From assembly GCA_963733255.1 (NCBI GenBank), contig CAVTCH010000007.1, forward strand, positions 84,839 to 148,838: a DNA stretch of 64,000 nucleotides, read 5' to 3'. The translations under genes and the position numbers were made by a program. Each line of letters opens with the position of its first letter. The first letter of the stretch is position 1. The notes beneath the pieces are model-generated. The model was not told the DNA's origin. It ran no database searches and worked only from the letters and a program-made list of their open reading frames with translations. This stretch comes from an uncultured Actinomycetes bacterium. GTDB taxonomy: Bacteria > Actinomycetota > Thermoleophilia > UBA2241. This document shows positions 45,358 through 55,662 of the stretch, piece after piece.

Positions 45358-46806
45358 ATGACCGACCAGCTTCGCGTCGCTGAGCCGCTCGGCACGACCG
45401 GGCAGCTGCGAACGGTCAACATCCGCTTGTTCGCCGTGGTGGCGATGATCTTCATCTTCGTGTCGTCGGGCGCCTTCGGCATCGAGGACATGGTCTCGTG
45501 GTCGGGCCCCGGCCTCACGATCCTGATGCTGCTGGCGCTGCCGGTGTTCTGGGCCATGCCCATGGCCATGGTCTGTTCCGAGCTGGGCTCGGCGCTGCCC
45601 GAAGAGGGCGGCTACTATGCCTGGACGCGGCGCGCGCTGGGTGAGTTCTGGGGCTTTCAGTGCGGCTGGTGGTCGTGGACCTGCCAGTGGGTCGATTCGG
45701 CCGTCTACATCGCGCTCGTGCAGGGCTACGTGGCAACGTGGTGGCCGCAGCTGAACGGCTGGGAGATCTGGGGCATCGGCGCGGTGCTCATCGCCGTGTT
45801 CGCCTACACCAACATCCGCGGCCTCAACATCATCGCCCTGAGCTCGGTCGTCTTCACGATCGTCATCGTGGCGCCGTTCCTGATCGAGATCGTGCTGGGC
45901 TTCGCCCACTGGCACGGCACCCCACTTCAGCCGTTCGTGCCGCACGGCCAGTCGATCGGCAGCAGCCTCAACCTCGGTCTCGCGGTCGGTGTCTGGATGT
46001 ACTCCGGCTACGACTCGATGTCGACGATCGCCGGCGAGGTGAACAACCCCCGCAGGCTCATCCCCCGCGGGTTGATGATCGCCATGCCGATCGTCGTGGC
46101 GCTCTACGTGCTGCCGACCCTCGCCGGCCTCGCCGGCGTGGGCCGGTGGAGCGAGTGGGCCACCACCGGCGGCATCTCCTTCGTCGAGATCACCAAGGCG
46201 CTCGGCGGGCCGGTGCTCGGCTACGTCATGCTGGGGGTCGCCGTGATCAGCAACATGGCGCTCTATCAGGATTACCTCACGTCGGGCTCACGGCCCGCCT
46301 ACGCCATGGCCGAAGACAAGCTGCTGCCGAAGGCACTCACCTGGGCGCACCCGAAGTGGGGTACACCGGTCGTGTCGATCCTGTTCCTGGCGGGACTCAA
46401 CCTGGTGCTCATCGTCGGCTCGTTCGCCAATCTGGTCGTGATCGACGTCTTTCTCAACATGCTGTACTACCTGCTGATCTTCGTGGCCGCCATCCGCCTG
46501 CGCCAGAAGGAGCCTGGGCTCGAGCGCCCCTTCCGCATCTGGGGCGGCACCCTGACGCTCGCGGCGATCTGCGCGCCGGCGATCGTCATCGCCCTGGTCA
46601 CGCTCTACACCAACGCCATCGACACCAGCACGACCATCTTCGGGCACGCCTCGTTTTCGATCTTCGGCTGGACCTTCGGCTGGTACGGGATCGGCGGCGT
46701 GATCGCCATGCTCGCCGGGCCGGTCGCCTACCTGATCTTCAAGAGGACCCTCGGAGGAAGGCCGCTCGACGAGGTCACCGCGGCCGAACCGACGGCCGTG
46801 GTCTGA
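45358..46806 (+). CDS. APC-superfamily amino acid/polyamine permease
   Basis: Twelve TM segments. 'SSGAFGIEDMV', 'ELGSALPEEGGYYAWTRRALG'. Confidence 0.9.
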   Translation: MTDQLRVAEPLGTTGQLRTVNIRLFAVVAMIFIFVSSGAFGIEDMVSWSGPGLTILMLLALPVFWAMPMAMVCSELGSALPEEGGYYAWTRRALGEFWGFQCGWWSWTCQWVDSAVYIALVQGYVATWWPQLNGWEIWGIGAVLIAVFAYTNIRGLNIIALSSVVFTIVIVAPFLIEIVLGFAHWHGTPLQPFVPHGQSIGSSLNLGLAVGVWMYSGYDSMSTIAGEVNNPRRLIPRGLMIAMPIVVALYVLPTLAGLAGVGRWSEWATTGGISFVEITKALGGPVLGYVMLGVAVISNMALYQDYLTSGSRPAYAMAEDKLLPKALTWAHPKWGTPVVSILFLAGLNLVLIVGSFANLVVIDVFLNMLYYLLIFVAAIRLRQKEPGLERPFRIWGGTLTLAAICAPAIVIALVTLYTNAIDTSTTIFGHASFSIFGWTFGWYGIGGVIAMLAGPVAYLIFKRTLGGRPLDEVTAAEPTAVV

Positions 46807-46905
46807 CGCTTCGCTTGAGCCGGGCTTCTCATCGCTCAGCCGTTAGGCGTATCGTAGACTGCTCGGCAAGAGCATCCACCAAGACACGACGACCAAGGAG
46901 CATGT

Positions 46906-47403
46906 ATGAGTGAACTGATGGTCCTGGGCTTCGAGAACGAAGCCGCCGCCGACGCCTTCGGGCTCAAGCTGGCCGACATGCAGAAGGACATGATCGTCCA
47001 GCTGCAGGACGCCGCCGAAGTGGTGCGCGACCCCGACGGCAAGCCGCACGTCAAGCACGGCAATCACCTGGTGGGCGCGGGCGCCATGGGCGGCGCCTTC
47101 TGGGGCATGCTGTTCGGCCTGCTGTTCTTCGTGCCCTTCCTGGGCCTCGCCATCGGGGCCGGCATGGGCGCCCTGTTCGGCAAGCTCGGCAAGACGGGCA
47201 TCGACAGCCAGGTGCTGCAGCAGATGGGCGACGCCGTGCCGCCGGGCAAGGCCGGCTGGTTCCTTCTCATCGCCCAGAAGACCGACGACAAGTTCGAAGC
47301 GGCGATCGCGGGGACGGGCGCCAAGCTGGTGCGCTCGAACCTCACCGCCGAGCAGGAAGAGCAGCTCAAGCACGCCTTCGGCGCGCGCAAGCACGAGAAG
47401 TAG
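46906..47403 (+). CDS. DUF1269-family membrane protein
   Basis: ATG after AAGGAG. 'LVGAGAMGGAFWGMLFGLLFFVPFLGLAIGAGMGALFGKL'. Confidence 0.8.
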   Translation: MSELMVLGFENEAAADAFGLKLADMQKDMIVQLQDAAEVVRDPDGKPHVKHGNHLVGAGAMGGAFWGMLFGLLFFVPFLGLAIGAGMGALFGKLGKTGIDSQVLQQMGDAVPPGKAGWFLLIAQKTDDKFEAAIAGTGAKLVRSNLTAEQEEQLKHAFGARKHEK

Positions 47404-47460
47404 GACTGCACAGAACGGCCGCACGGCACTGCCTGCCGTGCGAGCCGCCAGAACGCCCCG

Positions 47461-47498
47461 GCGGGGGCGGGGCGACCGCGTGGTCGCCCCGCCCCCGT
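47461..47498 (+). terminator. GC-rich hairpin (16-17 bp stem, GCGT loop) downstream of the DUF1269 gene
   Basis: 'gggggcggggcgacc-gcgt-ggtcgccccgccccc'. A second 8-bp hairpin (gcacggca/tgccgtgc) lies at ~47421..47441. No U-tract, as is common in high-GC genomes. Confidence 0.5.
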
Positions 47499-47679
47499 CT
47501 GCGTGAGAGGCGGGGCGTTCGCCGCCGCCGGCCGGCCCGCGAGACGCCATCCGGCGCCATGCGGCCGGCCCCCGGGACACCGCAGCCTGCCCCTTACGAA
47601 CGGCCCGCGCCCCGGCAGCCGGCGCCCCGATCGACGGCCAACGGCGACGAAGGACGGGCCGGCGGGGTACCTCGCTTTC

Positions 47680-48432
47680 ATGGCCACCTTGTTTGCCGGC
47701 ACGTCGGGGTTCGCCTACCCCGCCTGGAAACCGGAGTTCTATCCGGCCGACGTCTCGGCGGCGCACTTTCTCGAGCACTACGCCGCCCGCCTGAACTGCG
47801 TCGAGATCAACTACACCTTCCGGCGCACGCCGCGGGCGACGACGCTCGAAGCCTGGGCGCAGAGCACGGCGCCGGGCTTCACGTTCGCCGTCAAGGCTCA
47901 TCAACGCATCACGCACGGGGCGCGGCTGCAGGACGCCGGCGAGGCGACGGCCTTCTTTCTCAAGGCTCTCGAGCCGCTGCAGGCGGCCGGCAAGCTGGGG
48001 CCGATCCTCTTTCAGCTCCCGCCCTGGCTGCACCGCGACGTGGCGCGCCTGTCCGCCTTTCTCGAGCTGCTGCCGGCCGGGCAGCGCGCGACCTTCGAGT
48101 TCCGTCACGAGTCGTGGCTGACCGACGAGGTCTTCGAGCTGCTGCGCGGCCACGGGGTCGCCCTCTGTCTGGCCGATACCGAGAAGCTCGTCGTTCCCGA
48201 GGTGGTCACCGCCGACTTCGTCTACCAGCGCCTGCGGCAGCCCACCTACTCAGACGACGACCTTGCCGCCATCGCCGCGCGTTCCCGGCGGCTGCTGGCC
48301 GCCGGCCTCGACTGCTACCTCGTGTTCAAGCACGAGGACACCGCCGCCGGGGCGCTCGAGGCCGAGTGGCTGCTGCAGACCGTGAGGGGCGGGGCGGCGC
48401 TCGACGCCGACCGGCCGCCCAAGGCGGCTTGA
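47680..48432 (+). CDS. DUF72-family protein
   Basis: 'GTSGFAYPAWKPEFYP', 'LNCVEINYTFRRTP', 'FAVKAHQRITH', 'ILFQLPPW', 'FEFRHESW', 'YLVFKHED'. Confidence 0.85.
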   Translation: MATLFAGTSGFAYPAWKPEFYPADVSAAHFLEHYAARLNCVEINYTFRRTPRATTLEAWAQSTAPGFTFAVKAHQRITHGARLQDAGEATAFFLKALEPLQAAGKLGPILFQLPPWLHRDVARLSAFLELLPAGQRATFEFRHESWLTDEVFELLRGHGVALCLADTEKLVVPEVVTADFVYQRLRQPTYSDDDLAAIAARSRRLLAAGLDCYLVFKHEDTAAGALEAEWLLQTVRGGAALDADRPPKAA

Positions 48433-48464
48433 CGGCCGACGATCGCCGCCCACCGCAGGCTCGC

Positions 48465-50051
48465 TCAGCTTTTGAGCTCGGGCCGGGAGGGCCCCGGCGC
48501 CAGCGTGACCCAGGCCACGAGGCCGGAGACCAGGATCACGATACCGGCCACCACCAGCGAGATGGTGAGGCCGGAGCGAAAGGCGCCGTAGGCCGCGTCG
48601 ATCACCTTGGCCACGATCGGTCCGAAGGCCTGGGCGGCGGCCGCGGCGCCGCCGGCGCCGCCCTTGGGCACCTGACCCGTCTCGACCGCGGTGATCACCA
48701 CATCGCGAAAGGCGGCCGGTATGCCCAGGCTCGCGAGTCGCTGCGTGAGGTCGACCGTCAGGTGGCCGTTGACCAGCGAGCCCAGCACGGCCACGCCGAA
48801 GACCGCGCCCAGCTCGCGGCTGGTCGTGGTGGCGCCGGCGGCCATGCCGGAGTGCTCGGCGGGCACCACGGCCAGCGCGACGGAGGTGACCGGCACGACC
48901 GCCACGCCGAAGCCGAGCCCGGCCAGCGCCAGGGTGAAGGCGAGCGTGACCGAGTTCACGCTGCCGTGCAGGGCGAGGTCGGTCGTCAGCATCCCGACCC
49001 CGGCCGCGAGACAGCCGACCATGGTCGGCAGGCGCGGCCCGGCGCGGGCGACCCAGCGCCCGGTCAGCGCCGAGGCGGCGATCAAGGTGATCGCCATGGG
49101 CACGAACACGACGGCCGTGCGGTAGGCGGAATAGCCCACCACGACCTGCAGGTAGAGCGCCGTGAAGAAGAAGATCGAAAAGACCCCGAAGTAGGACGCG
49201 AAGGCGACGGTCAGCGAGCCGGTGAACGACCCTCGCCGAAAGTAGGCGGGGTCGAAGATGGGGTCGGCGCTGCGCTGCTCGACGTATCCGAACAGGGCGG
49301 CGGCGATGGCGCTCACCACGAAGAGTGCGATGACCCCGGTGTCGCGGTACCCGGTCGTCTCGCCGTGGATGACGGCGAAGATGGCGGTGCCGAGTGCGAG
49401 CGGGCCGAGCACGAAACCGGCGACGTCGACGGGGCTCGACACGGGGTCGGAGCTTTCGGGCACGGCGATGAGCGCCGCCAGCATGACGAGCAGGCCGGCG
49501 GCGAGGTTGAACCAGAACACGAGGCGCCAGCCGGAAAGCCCCACGAGGACGCCGCCGATCACGGGGCCCAGGGCCAGTCCCAGGCCGGCGACGGCGACCC
49601 AGACGCCCACGGCCCGCGTCCGGCGCGCCGGCTCTGGGTAGAGATGGCGGATGATCGACAGCGTGCCGGGCTCGCTGGCGGCCGCTCCGACGCCCATGAT
49701 GACGCGGGCGCCCACCAGCGTCGCGACGGTGGGCGACAGGGCGCCGAGCAGCGAACCGATGATGAACACCCCGAGGCCGCCGAGCATCACCTTCTTGCGT
49801 CCCAGGCGGTCGCCCAGCATGCCCATGCCCAGCATGAGGCTGGCGAAGGTGAGCGCGTAGCCGTTCACGACCCACTGCAGCTGCGAGACGCCGGCGTGCA
49901 GGCTCGACTGCACGTCGGCCAGCGCGACGCTGACGATGGTCGTGTCGAGGAACGTCAAAAAGAGGACGGCGCTGAGCGTGGCCAGCGCCGGGAGGCGGCT
50001 GCGTCCCGCAGCCGCGGTCCCGGCGCCGCCCCCGGCCTCAGTGTCGATCAT
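48465..50051 (-). CDS. MFS transporter, DHA2 (EmrB/QacA, 14-TM) family
   Basis: 'LFLTFLDTTIVSVALADVQSSL', 'GDRLGRKKVMLGGL', fourteen hydrophobic segments. Confidence 0.9.
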   Translation of the reverse strand: MIDTEAGGGAGTAAAGRSRLPALATLSAVLFLTFLDTTIVSVALADVQSSLHAGVSQLQWVVNGYALTFASLMLGMGMLGDRLGRKKVMLGGLGVFIIGSLLGALSPTVATLVGARVIMGVGAAASEPGTLSIIRHLYPEPARRTRAVGVWVAVAGLGLALGPVIGGVLVGLSGWRLVFWFNLAAGLLVMLAALIAVPESSDPVSSPVDVAGFVLGPLALGTAIFAVIHGETTGYRDTGVIALFVVSAIAAALFGYVEQRSADPIFDPAYFRRGSFTGSLTVAFASYFGVFSIFFFTALYLQVVVGYSAYRTAVVFVPMAITLIAASALTGRWVARAGPRLPTMVGCLAAGVGMLTTDLALHGSVNSVTLAFTLALAGLGFGVAVVPVTSVALAVVPAEHSGMAAGATTTSRELGAVFGVAVLGSLVNGHLTVDLTQRLASLGIPAAFRDVVITAVETGQVPKGGAGGAAAAAQAFGPIVAKVIDAAYGAFRSGLTISLVVAGIVILVSGLVAWVTLAPGPSRPELKS

Positions 50052-50070
50052 CAGGCGCCGGGCGACCCGG

Positions 50071-50574
50071 TCACGGTGATGCTGTGGGCGAGCTCGACGT
50101 CTGAGCCTGCTCGAGCTTGAGCAAAGCCTGGAAGCTGGGCGCCGAGACCTTCCAGACGCCGCCCTCGAGCACCGCCTGTCCCTTCTGGCCGGGCAGCGCC
50201 ACCTGGCCGTTCTCGACGATCGCGTAGGTCACCGTGGCCGTGGTCGGCGACGTCACCTTGACGGCCGTCACCTTCGCCGTGCTCGCCTTGGCGAGCGGCG
50301 AGGCGGCCTGCGCCGTGAGCACCGTGGCGAACTGCTGGCCGTTCTGCAACAGGGCGATCTTGCGCGTCGCCGTCGTCGCGCCGCTGAAGAACGTCTCCCA
50401 GTCGCTGGTGATCGCGGCCGTCGGCGAGACGCTCGCCGTTGCGCTGGGCGTAGGTGTCGGGGTCGTGGTGGTCGAGGAACTGCTGCCGCAGGCGGCCACC
50501 ACCAGGGGCAGCGCCGCGAGGCACGCGACGAGCGCAGCGCTGCCCGTCCACCTGCGTGTGAGGATCCTCCTCAT
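50071..50574 (-). CDS. hypothetical lipoprotein
   Basis: ATG 50574 after GGAGG. Lipobox 'VVAACGSS', a Thr/Pro linker, then a ~110-aa globular part. 19 nt upstream of the MFS gene. Confidence 0.65.
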   Translation of the reverse strand: MRRILTRRWTGSAALVACLAALPLVVAACGSSSSTTTTPTPTPSATASVSPTAAITSDWETFFSGATTATRKIALLQNGQQFATVLTAQAASPLAKASTAKVTAVKVTSPTTATVTYAIVENGQVALPGQKGQAVLEGGVWKVSAPSFQALLKLEQAQTSSSPTASP

Positions 50575-50857
50575 GGGCTCGCACCTCCAGTCGTATGAAC
50601 GGTCGGCCGCATCCGACCGCAGCGGCCTCGGCCGTTCCTATTCCCATAGCGCGCCCGTTTACACCGATGAAGACGATCGGCACGGCGCGATGCCCGCGAC
50701 CGGCGCCGGGCAGCCGATAGCAAGCGGCGCCGAGCGGCCGATCACAAGCGGCGCCGGGCGCGCCCGTCACGCTTGCGCTCGCCCACAGGCACGGTAGTGT
50801 ACGTGCATAAGATTCTTGCAAAGCCGCGCCTCTTACGCGCGGGGAAGGAGAGCCCCA

Positions 50858-52381
50858 GTGTCGATCACGCTTGATGGCAGCTCGCTGACGATCGAGAAGC
50901 TCGTACGCATCGCCCGCGAACGCGAGACGGTCGAGCTCGATCCGCAGGCCCTGGAACGCATCCGCGTGTGTCGCGTGATGATCGAAGAGAAGATCGCGGC
51001 CCACGAGACCATGTACGGCACCAACACCGGCATCGGCGAGTTCTCCGAGGTCGTCCTGTCCGACGACCAGGTCAAGCTGTTCCAGCGCGCGCTCGTCTAC
51101 AACCACGCCGCCGGCATCGGCGAGCCGGCACCCGAAGAAGTGGTGCGCGCCGCGATGGCCGGCCGCGTGAACGTGCACGCCCACGGCAACTCGGGCATCC
51201 GCCCCGAGATCACCCAGACCCTCGTGGCGATGCTGAACGCCGGGGTGACCCCGGTGGTCTGCCAGAAGGGCTCGGTGGGCGCCTGCGGCGACCTGGCGCC
51301 GATGGCCCAGCTCGCCCTCTCGCTCATGGGCGAGGGCGAATCGGTCTACAAGGGCGAGCGCCTGGCGACTCGCGACGCCCTGGAACGCGCCGGCATCCCG
51401 ATCCCCGGGCTGCAGGCGCGCGACGGTCTGGGCACCATCAACGGCGCCAACGTGCTCACCGCCATGAGCGCCCTGCTGCTGCACGACACCGACGCCTGGC
51501 TGCGCCAGGCCGAGATCGCCTGCGCGATGTCGCTCGAGGCTCTGCTGGCCAACCTCAAGCCCTACGACACCCGCCTGCACGAGCTGCGCGGCTTCGCCGG
51601 CGCGGTGCGCAGCGCGGCGGCGATCAGGCGCTGCATCGCCGGCTCAGACCTGGCCACCGGCAAGATCAAGACGAAAGTCCAGGACGCCTACTCGATGCGC
51701 TCCTCGCCCCAGGTGATCGGCGCCGCCCACGACGCCGTCGCCTGGGCTCGCACCCAGGTCGAGATCGAGCTGAACGGCGTGGGCGACAACCCCATCTGGC
51801 TACCCGACGAGAAGCTCACGCTCACCGGCGCCAACTTCCAGGGCACGCCGGTCTCGCTGCCCATGGAGATGGTCGGCCAGGCGATCACCATGGTGAGCGT
51901 GCTCTCCGAGCGCCGCCTGAACCGCCTCGAGAACCCCGCCCTGAGCCAGGGCCTGCCCGACTTTCTGACGGCGGAGCCCGGCTTCTACTCCGGGCTCATG
52001 CTGAGCCAGTACACGGCCGACACGCTGATCACCGAGCAGCGCATCCTGGCCGCGCCGGCCGCGACGATGTCGATCCCGGCCGCCGCCGACCAGGAGGACT
52101 TCGTCTCGATGGGCATGAACACCGCCCTGAAGAACCGCCAGATCCTCGAGAACGCTCGCGCCGTGGTGGGCATCGAGCTCATGGCGGCCGCCCAAGCGCT
52201 CGACTTTCGCGAGTTCACGCCGGGCAAGGGCGTGCAGGCCGCCCACGAGGTCGTGCGGCGCCACGTCGCTCATCTGGCAGAAGACCGGCCGCTCTACCCG
52301 GACCACAACGCCATGGCCGCGCTGGTCGCCTCGGGCGAGATCCTCGCGGCCGTCGAGACGGCGGTCGGGCCGCTCGGCTAG
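50858..52381 (+). CDS. histidine ammonia-lyase-family (aromatic amino acid lyase, MIO-type) enzyme with an Ala-Cys-Gly triad
   Basis: GTG 50858 after GGAGAG. 'YGTNTGIGEFS', 'LVYNHAAGIG', 'GSVGACGDLAPMAQLAL' (canonical GSVGASGDLAPL), 'QDAYSMRSSPQV', 'NFQGTP', 'QEDFVSMG'. Confidence 0.9.
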   Translation: MSITLDGSSLTIEKLVRIARERETVELDPQALERIRVCRVMIEEKIAAHETMYGTNTGIGEFSEVVLSDDQVKLFQRALVYNHAAGIGEPAPEEVVRAAMAGRVNVHAHGNSGIRPEITQTLVAMLNAGVTPVVCQKGSVGACGDLAPMAQLALSLMGEGESVYKGERLATRDALERAGIPIPGLQARDGLGTINGANVLTAMSALLLHDTDAWLRQAEIACAMSLEALLANLKPYDTRLHELRGFAGAVRSAAAIRRCIAGSDLATGKIKTKVQDAYSMRSSPQVIGAAHDAVAWARTQVEIELNGVGDNPIWLPDEKLTLTGANFQGTPVSLPMEMVGQAITMVSVLSERRLNRLENPALSQGLPDFLTAEPGFYSGLMLSQYTADTLITEQRILAAPAATMSIPAAADQEDFVSMGMNTALKNRQILENARAVVGIELMAAAQALDFREFTPGKGVQAAHEVVRRHVAHLAEDRPLYPDHNAMAALVASGEILAAVETAVGPLG

Positions 52382-52606
52382 CGGAGACGGGAGCTGGCGT
52401 CGGGCGTCCGGAAGGTCGCCCCGACGCAGTGCGCGGTGCGCGGCGAGGCCGAGCCCAGGTCGAACGACGTGTCGAGCGACGACCGGGCGAGCGGCGCCGA
52501 GCGTGGCCAGACTCGAAAAAACGCCCGCTCTCTGGACAGCGGGGGTAATATCGTGCCAGTTATGCGAAGGTGGCGCGTGCGCGCGCTGCCGAAAGGGGGG
52601 AACACG

Positions 52607-53671
52607 ATGAGTGTCCCAATTCAAAGGGCGCCGCGGAGGTCACCGCGTCGCCTTGCCCTGTGGACGATCGCGACCCTGTTCGTGATCGCCGCGGTGGTGC
52701 TGCTGGCCGCCTGTGGCAGCAGCAATTCGTCGAGCGGCTCGAGCTCCAGCCCGAGCGCGAGCGCGACACCGACGACGGCTGCGACGTGGACGCCGGCGGA
52801 CCTGGCGGCCGTGCCGACCGACTCGTCGCTCAAGGCGATGCTGCCGAGTGGCGTCGTCAGCGCCAACGTCATCAAGGTGGGGAGCGACATCCCGTACCCG
52901 CCGTGGGAGTCCTATAACCCGCCCACCAGCAAGAACCCGGCCGGCTTCGACTTCGATCTGTCGCAAGCCCTGGGTAAGACGATCGGCATCCCGGTGTCGT
53001 TCTTCGACGTCCCCTTCGACAGCATCCCGCTGGCGCTCAAGGCCGGCAAGATCGATGGCGCCATGTCGGACATGTACGACAACGTGCAGCGTGAGAAGAG
53101 CGGTATCAGCTTCGTCGACTACGCCGCCGACGGCACGTCCATCCTCGTGAAGAAGGGCAACCCCAACGGGATCACCACCCTCCAGAGCCTGGCCGGCAAG
53201 ACGGTCGCCTGTGAGAGCGGTACGACGCAGCAGGCCCTCCTGCAGACCCTGAACACGCAGTTCAAGGGAGCGGGCAAGTCTGCGATGACGATCCTCGCGC
53301 TCCCGAACCAGCCTGCGGCCCTGCTCGCCGTGACGAGCGGTCGCGCGGTCGGCGACCTCACCGACCACTCGACGGCCGTGAACATCGCCGAGACGACCAA
53401 CAACGGCAGTACCTACGAAGTGGTGGCTGACCCCGCCGCTCCAAAGGGCTACGTCCCGCAGCTCGTGGGCATCGCCATCGCGGCCAACAACACGCAGCTG
53501 GTCACGACGATGCAGAAGGCCCTCCAGAAGCTCATCGACGAGGGCATCTACCAGAAGATCGTCAACTCGTACGGTCTGTTCTCCGTGCCTTCAGCCCAGG
53601 TGAACCAGGGGCCCGCGTTCGCGGCCGCACAGGCGGCGAGCATGAGCGCGAGCCCAAGCGCGACGCCGTGA
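52607..53671 (+). CDS. amino-acid ABC transporter substrate-binding lipoprotein (family 3 SBP)
   Basis: ATG after AAGGGGGG. Lipobox 'LLAACGSS'. 'VGSDIPYPPWE', 'GFDFDLSQALG', 'IDGAMSDMY'. Confidence 0.85.
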   Translation: MSVPIQRAPRRSPRRLALWTIATLFVIAAVVLLAACGSSNSSSGSSSSPSASATPTTAATWTPADLAAVPTDSSLKAMLPSGVVSANVIKVGSDIPYPPWESYNPPTSKNPAGFDFDLSQALGKTIGIPVSFFDVPFDSIPLALKAGKIDGAMSDMYDNVQREKSGISFVDYAADGTSILVKKGNPNGITTLQSLAGKTVACESGTTQQALLQTLNTQFKGAGKSAMTILALPNQPAALLAVTSGRAVGDLTDHSTAVNIAETTNNGSTYEVVADPAAPKGYVPQLVGIAIAANNTQLVTTMQKALQKLIDEGIYQKIVNSYGLFSVPSAQVNQGPAFAAAQAASMSASPSATP

Positions 53672-53683
53672 CGCGACTGAGTC

Positions 53684-54646
53684 ATGGAAGCATCTAGCGT
53701 AGATCCGGGAATGGCGGCGGCCGGGGGACCGGCCGCCGCCCCCACCCGGCCCGAAGCCATCAAGGCCATCCCGGTCCGGCACTGGGGCCGGTGGATCGCG
53801 GCGGCCATCGTCGTCTACCTCCTGATCGCGATCTTCGTCTCGTTCGTCAAGAGCCCGAACATCAACTGGAGCGTGGTCGCCAACTACATGTTCAAGCCGC
53901 TGGTGCTCTGGGGGCTCGCCCGCACCATCGAGTTGACCTTCCTCTGCATGGCCGTTGGGGCTATCGGGGGCGTCGCGCTCGCCGTCATGCGCCTGTCCGA
54001 CAACCCGGTGCTGTCGTGGATCGCCTGGGCCTACATCTGGTTCTTCCGGGGCACGCCCGTCTACGTGCAGATCCTGCTCTGGGGCAACATCGGCGTCATG
54101 TGGACCAAGTACTACGCCGGGCTGCCCTTCACGGGCCTCGTCGTGGGAACAGCCAACATGGGCCCGCTGACCCAGAACCTGTTCGTGGTCGCGGTGCTGG
54201 CGCTCGGCTTGAACGAAGCGGCATACGCGGCCGAGCTCGTCCGGGCGGGGATCATCTCCGTAGACCCAGGCCAGGCCGAGGCGGCCTCGTCGCTGGGCAT
54301 GTCCCCCTCGCTGACGATGCGGCGGGTCGTGCTGCCGCAGGCGATGCGGGTGATCATCCCGACGTTCGGCAACGAGACGATCAGCATGCTGAAGACCACC
54401 TCGCTGCTCGCCGTCCTCGGCGGCGGCGTCGAGATGTGGGGTCGTCTGCAGAACATCTACGCCCAGACGTTCCAGATCATGGAGCTCATCGTCGTGGCAT
54501 GCGTCTGGTACCTCATCGTCACTTCGCTGCTGACCCTGGGCCAGGCGCGGTTGGAGGCGTACTTCGGCAAGGGCTTCGGCGAGAAGGAGGCCGAGGCGGC
54601 CGAAAAGCGGACGGCCAAACGAGTGGCGAGGGCGCCCCATGTCTGA
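53684..54646 (+). CDS. amino-acid ABC transporter permease (His/Glu/Gln/Arg/opine family)
   Basis: '[33 protein letters not shown]' EAA loop. Confidence 0.9.
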   Translation: MEASSVDPGMAAAGGPAAAPTRPEAIKAIPVRHWGRWIAAAIVVYLLIAIFVSFVKSPNINWSVVANYMFKPLVLWGLARTIELTFLCMAVGAIGGVALAVMRLSDNPVLSWIAWAYIWFFRGTPVYVQILLWGNIGVMWTKYYAGLPFTGLVVGTANMGPLTQNLFVVAVLALGLNEAAYAAELVRAGIISVDPGQAEAASSLGMSPSLTMRRVVLPQAMRVIIPTFGNETISMLKTTSLLAVLGGGVEMWGRLQNIYAQTFQIMELIVVACVWYLIVTSLLTLGQARLEAYFGKGFGEKEAEAAEKRTAKRVARAPHV

Positions 54647-55457
54647 GCCCCAGCAACATATCCTCGCCGGCATCGACACGACCCTTCCCGCCGGTCAGCC
54701 CATGGTCAAGGCCGAGCAGGTCTGGAAGTCGTTCGGCAAGCTCGACGTGCTCAAGGGCATCGACTTCGAGGTCATGCCGCAGGAGACCTACGTGCTGCTC
54801 GGCCCCTCGGGCGGCGGCAAGTCCACCCTGCTGCGCTGCATCAACCACCTCGAGAAGATCAATGCCGGCAGGCTCTGGGTCGGCGGCGAGCTCATGGGCT
54901 ATCGCGAGAGGGGCTCCGTCCTTCACGAGATGAAGGCTCGCGACGTGGCCAGGCAGCGCTCCGCCATCGGGATGGTCTTTCAGCGCTTCAACCTGTTTCC
55001 CCACAAGACGGCCATCGAGAACGTCATGGAGGCGCCGGTCAAGGTGCAGCACGTGCACCACAAGCAGGCCGAAGCCGAGGCCGAGGAGCTGCTCAAGCGC
55101 GTGGGCCTCGGCGAGAAGATGGACGTCTATCCGGCCCAGCTTTCGGGCGGCCAGCAGCAGCGTGTGGCGATCGCCCGCGCCCTCGCCATGAAGCCCAAGC
55201 TGATGCTCTTCGACGAGCCCACCTCGGCGCTCGACCCCGAGCTCGTCGGCGAGGTGCTCGACGTCATGAAACAGCTCGCCCGCGACGGCATGACGATGGT
55301 CGTCGTCACGCACGAGATCGGCTTCGCCAAAGAGGTGGCCGACGGCGTGGCGCTCATGGACGGCGGCGTGATCGTCGAGAAGGGTCCGCCGCAGGACGTC
55401 CTTGTGAACCCCACCGAGGAGCGCACCAAGGTCTTCCTTTCGAAGGTCCTGGCGTAG
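54639..55457 (+). CDS. amino-acid ABC transporter ATP-binding protein (GlnQ-like)
   Basis: '[15 protein letters not shown]', '[17 protein letters not shown]', '[14 protein letters not shown]'. 8-nt overlap with the permease gene. Confidence 0.9.
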   Translation: MSEPQQHILAGIDTTLPAGQPMVKAEQVWKSFGKLDVLKGIDFEVMPQETYVLLGPSGGGKSTLLRCINHLEKINAGRLWVGGELMGYRERGSVLHEMKARDVARQRSAIGMVFQRFNLFPHKTAIENVMEAPVKVQHVHHKQAEAEAEELLKRVGLGEKMDVYPAQLSGGQQQRVAIARALAMKPKLMLFDEPTSALDPELVGEVLDVMKQLARDGMTMVVVTHEIGFAKEVADGVALMDGGVIVEKGPPQDVLVNPTEERTKVFLSKVLA

Positions 55458-55473
55458 GTCTCGACCGCGGTTT

Positions 55474-55521
55474 GGCGGCGGGGCGGGCGGCCGAAAGGCC
55501 GCCCGCCCCGCCGCCGTTTTT
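55474..55521 (+). terminator. rho-independent terminator
   Basis: Perfect 19-bp stem 'ggcggcggggcgggcggcc-gaaa-ggccgcccgccccgccgcc' followed by 'gttttt', 17 nt after the ABC ATPase stop. Confidence 0.9.
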
Positions 55522-55662
55522 CGACCAGCCGGGGCGTGTCGCGCCCATCCCGCCGCCGCTTCGCACGGCTCCCTTCGCAACGGGTTTGTCACTGTCTATG
55601 CAGGGTTAATCTCCCAGAGACGCGCAGAGACACGGTAGGCAACCTCTACGGAGGGTCGAACC

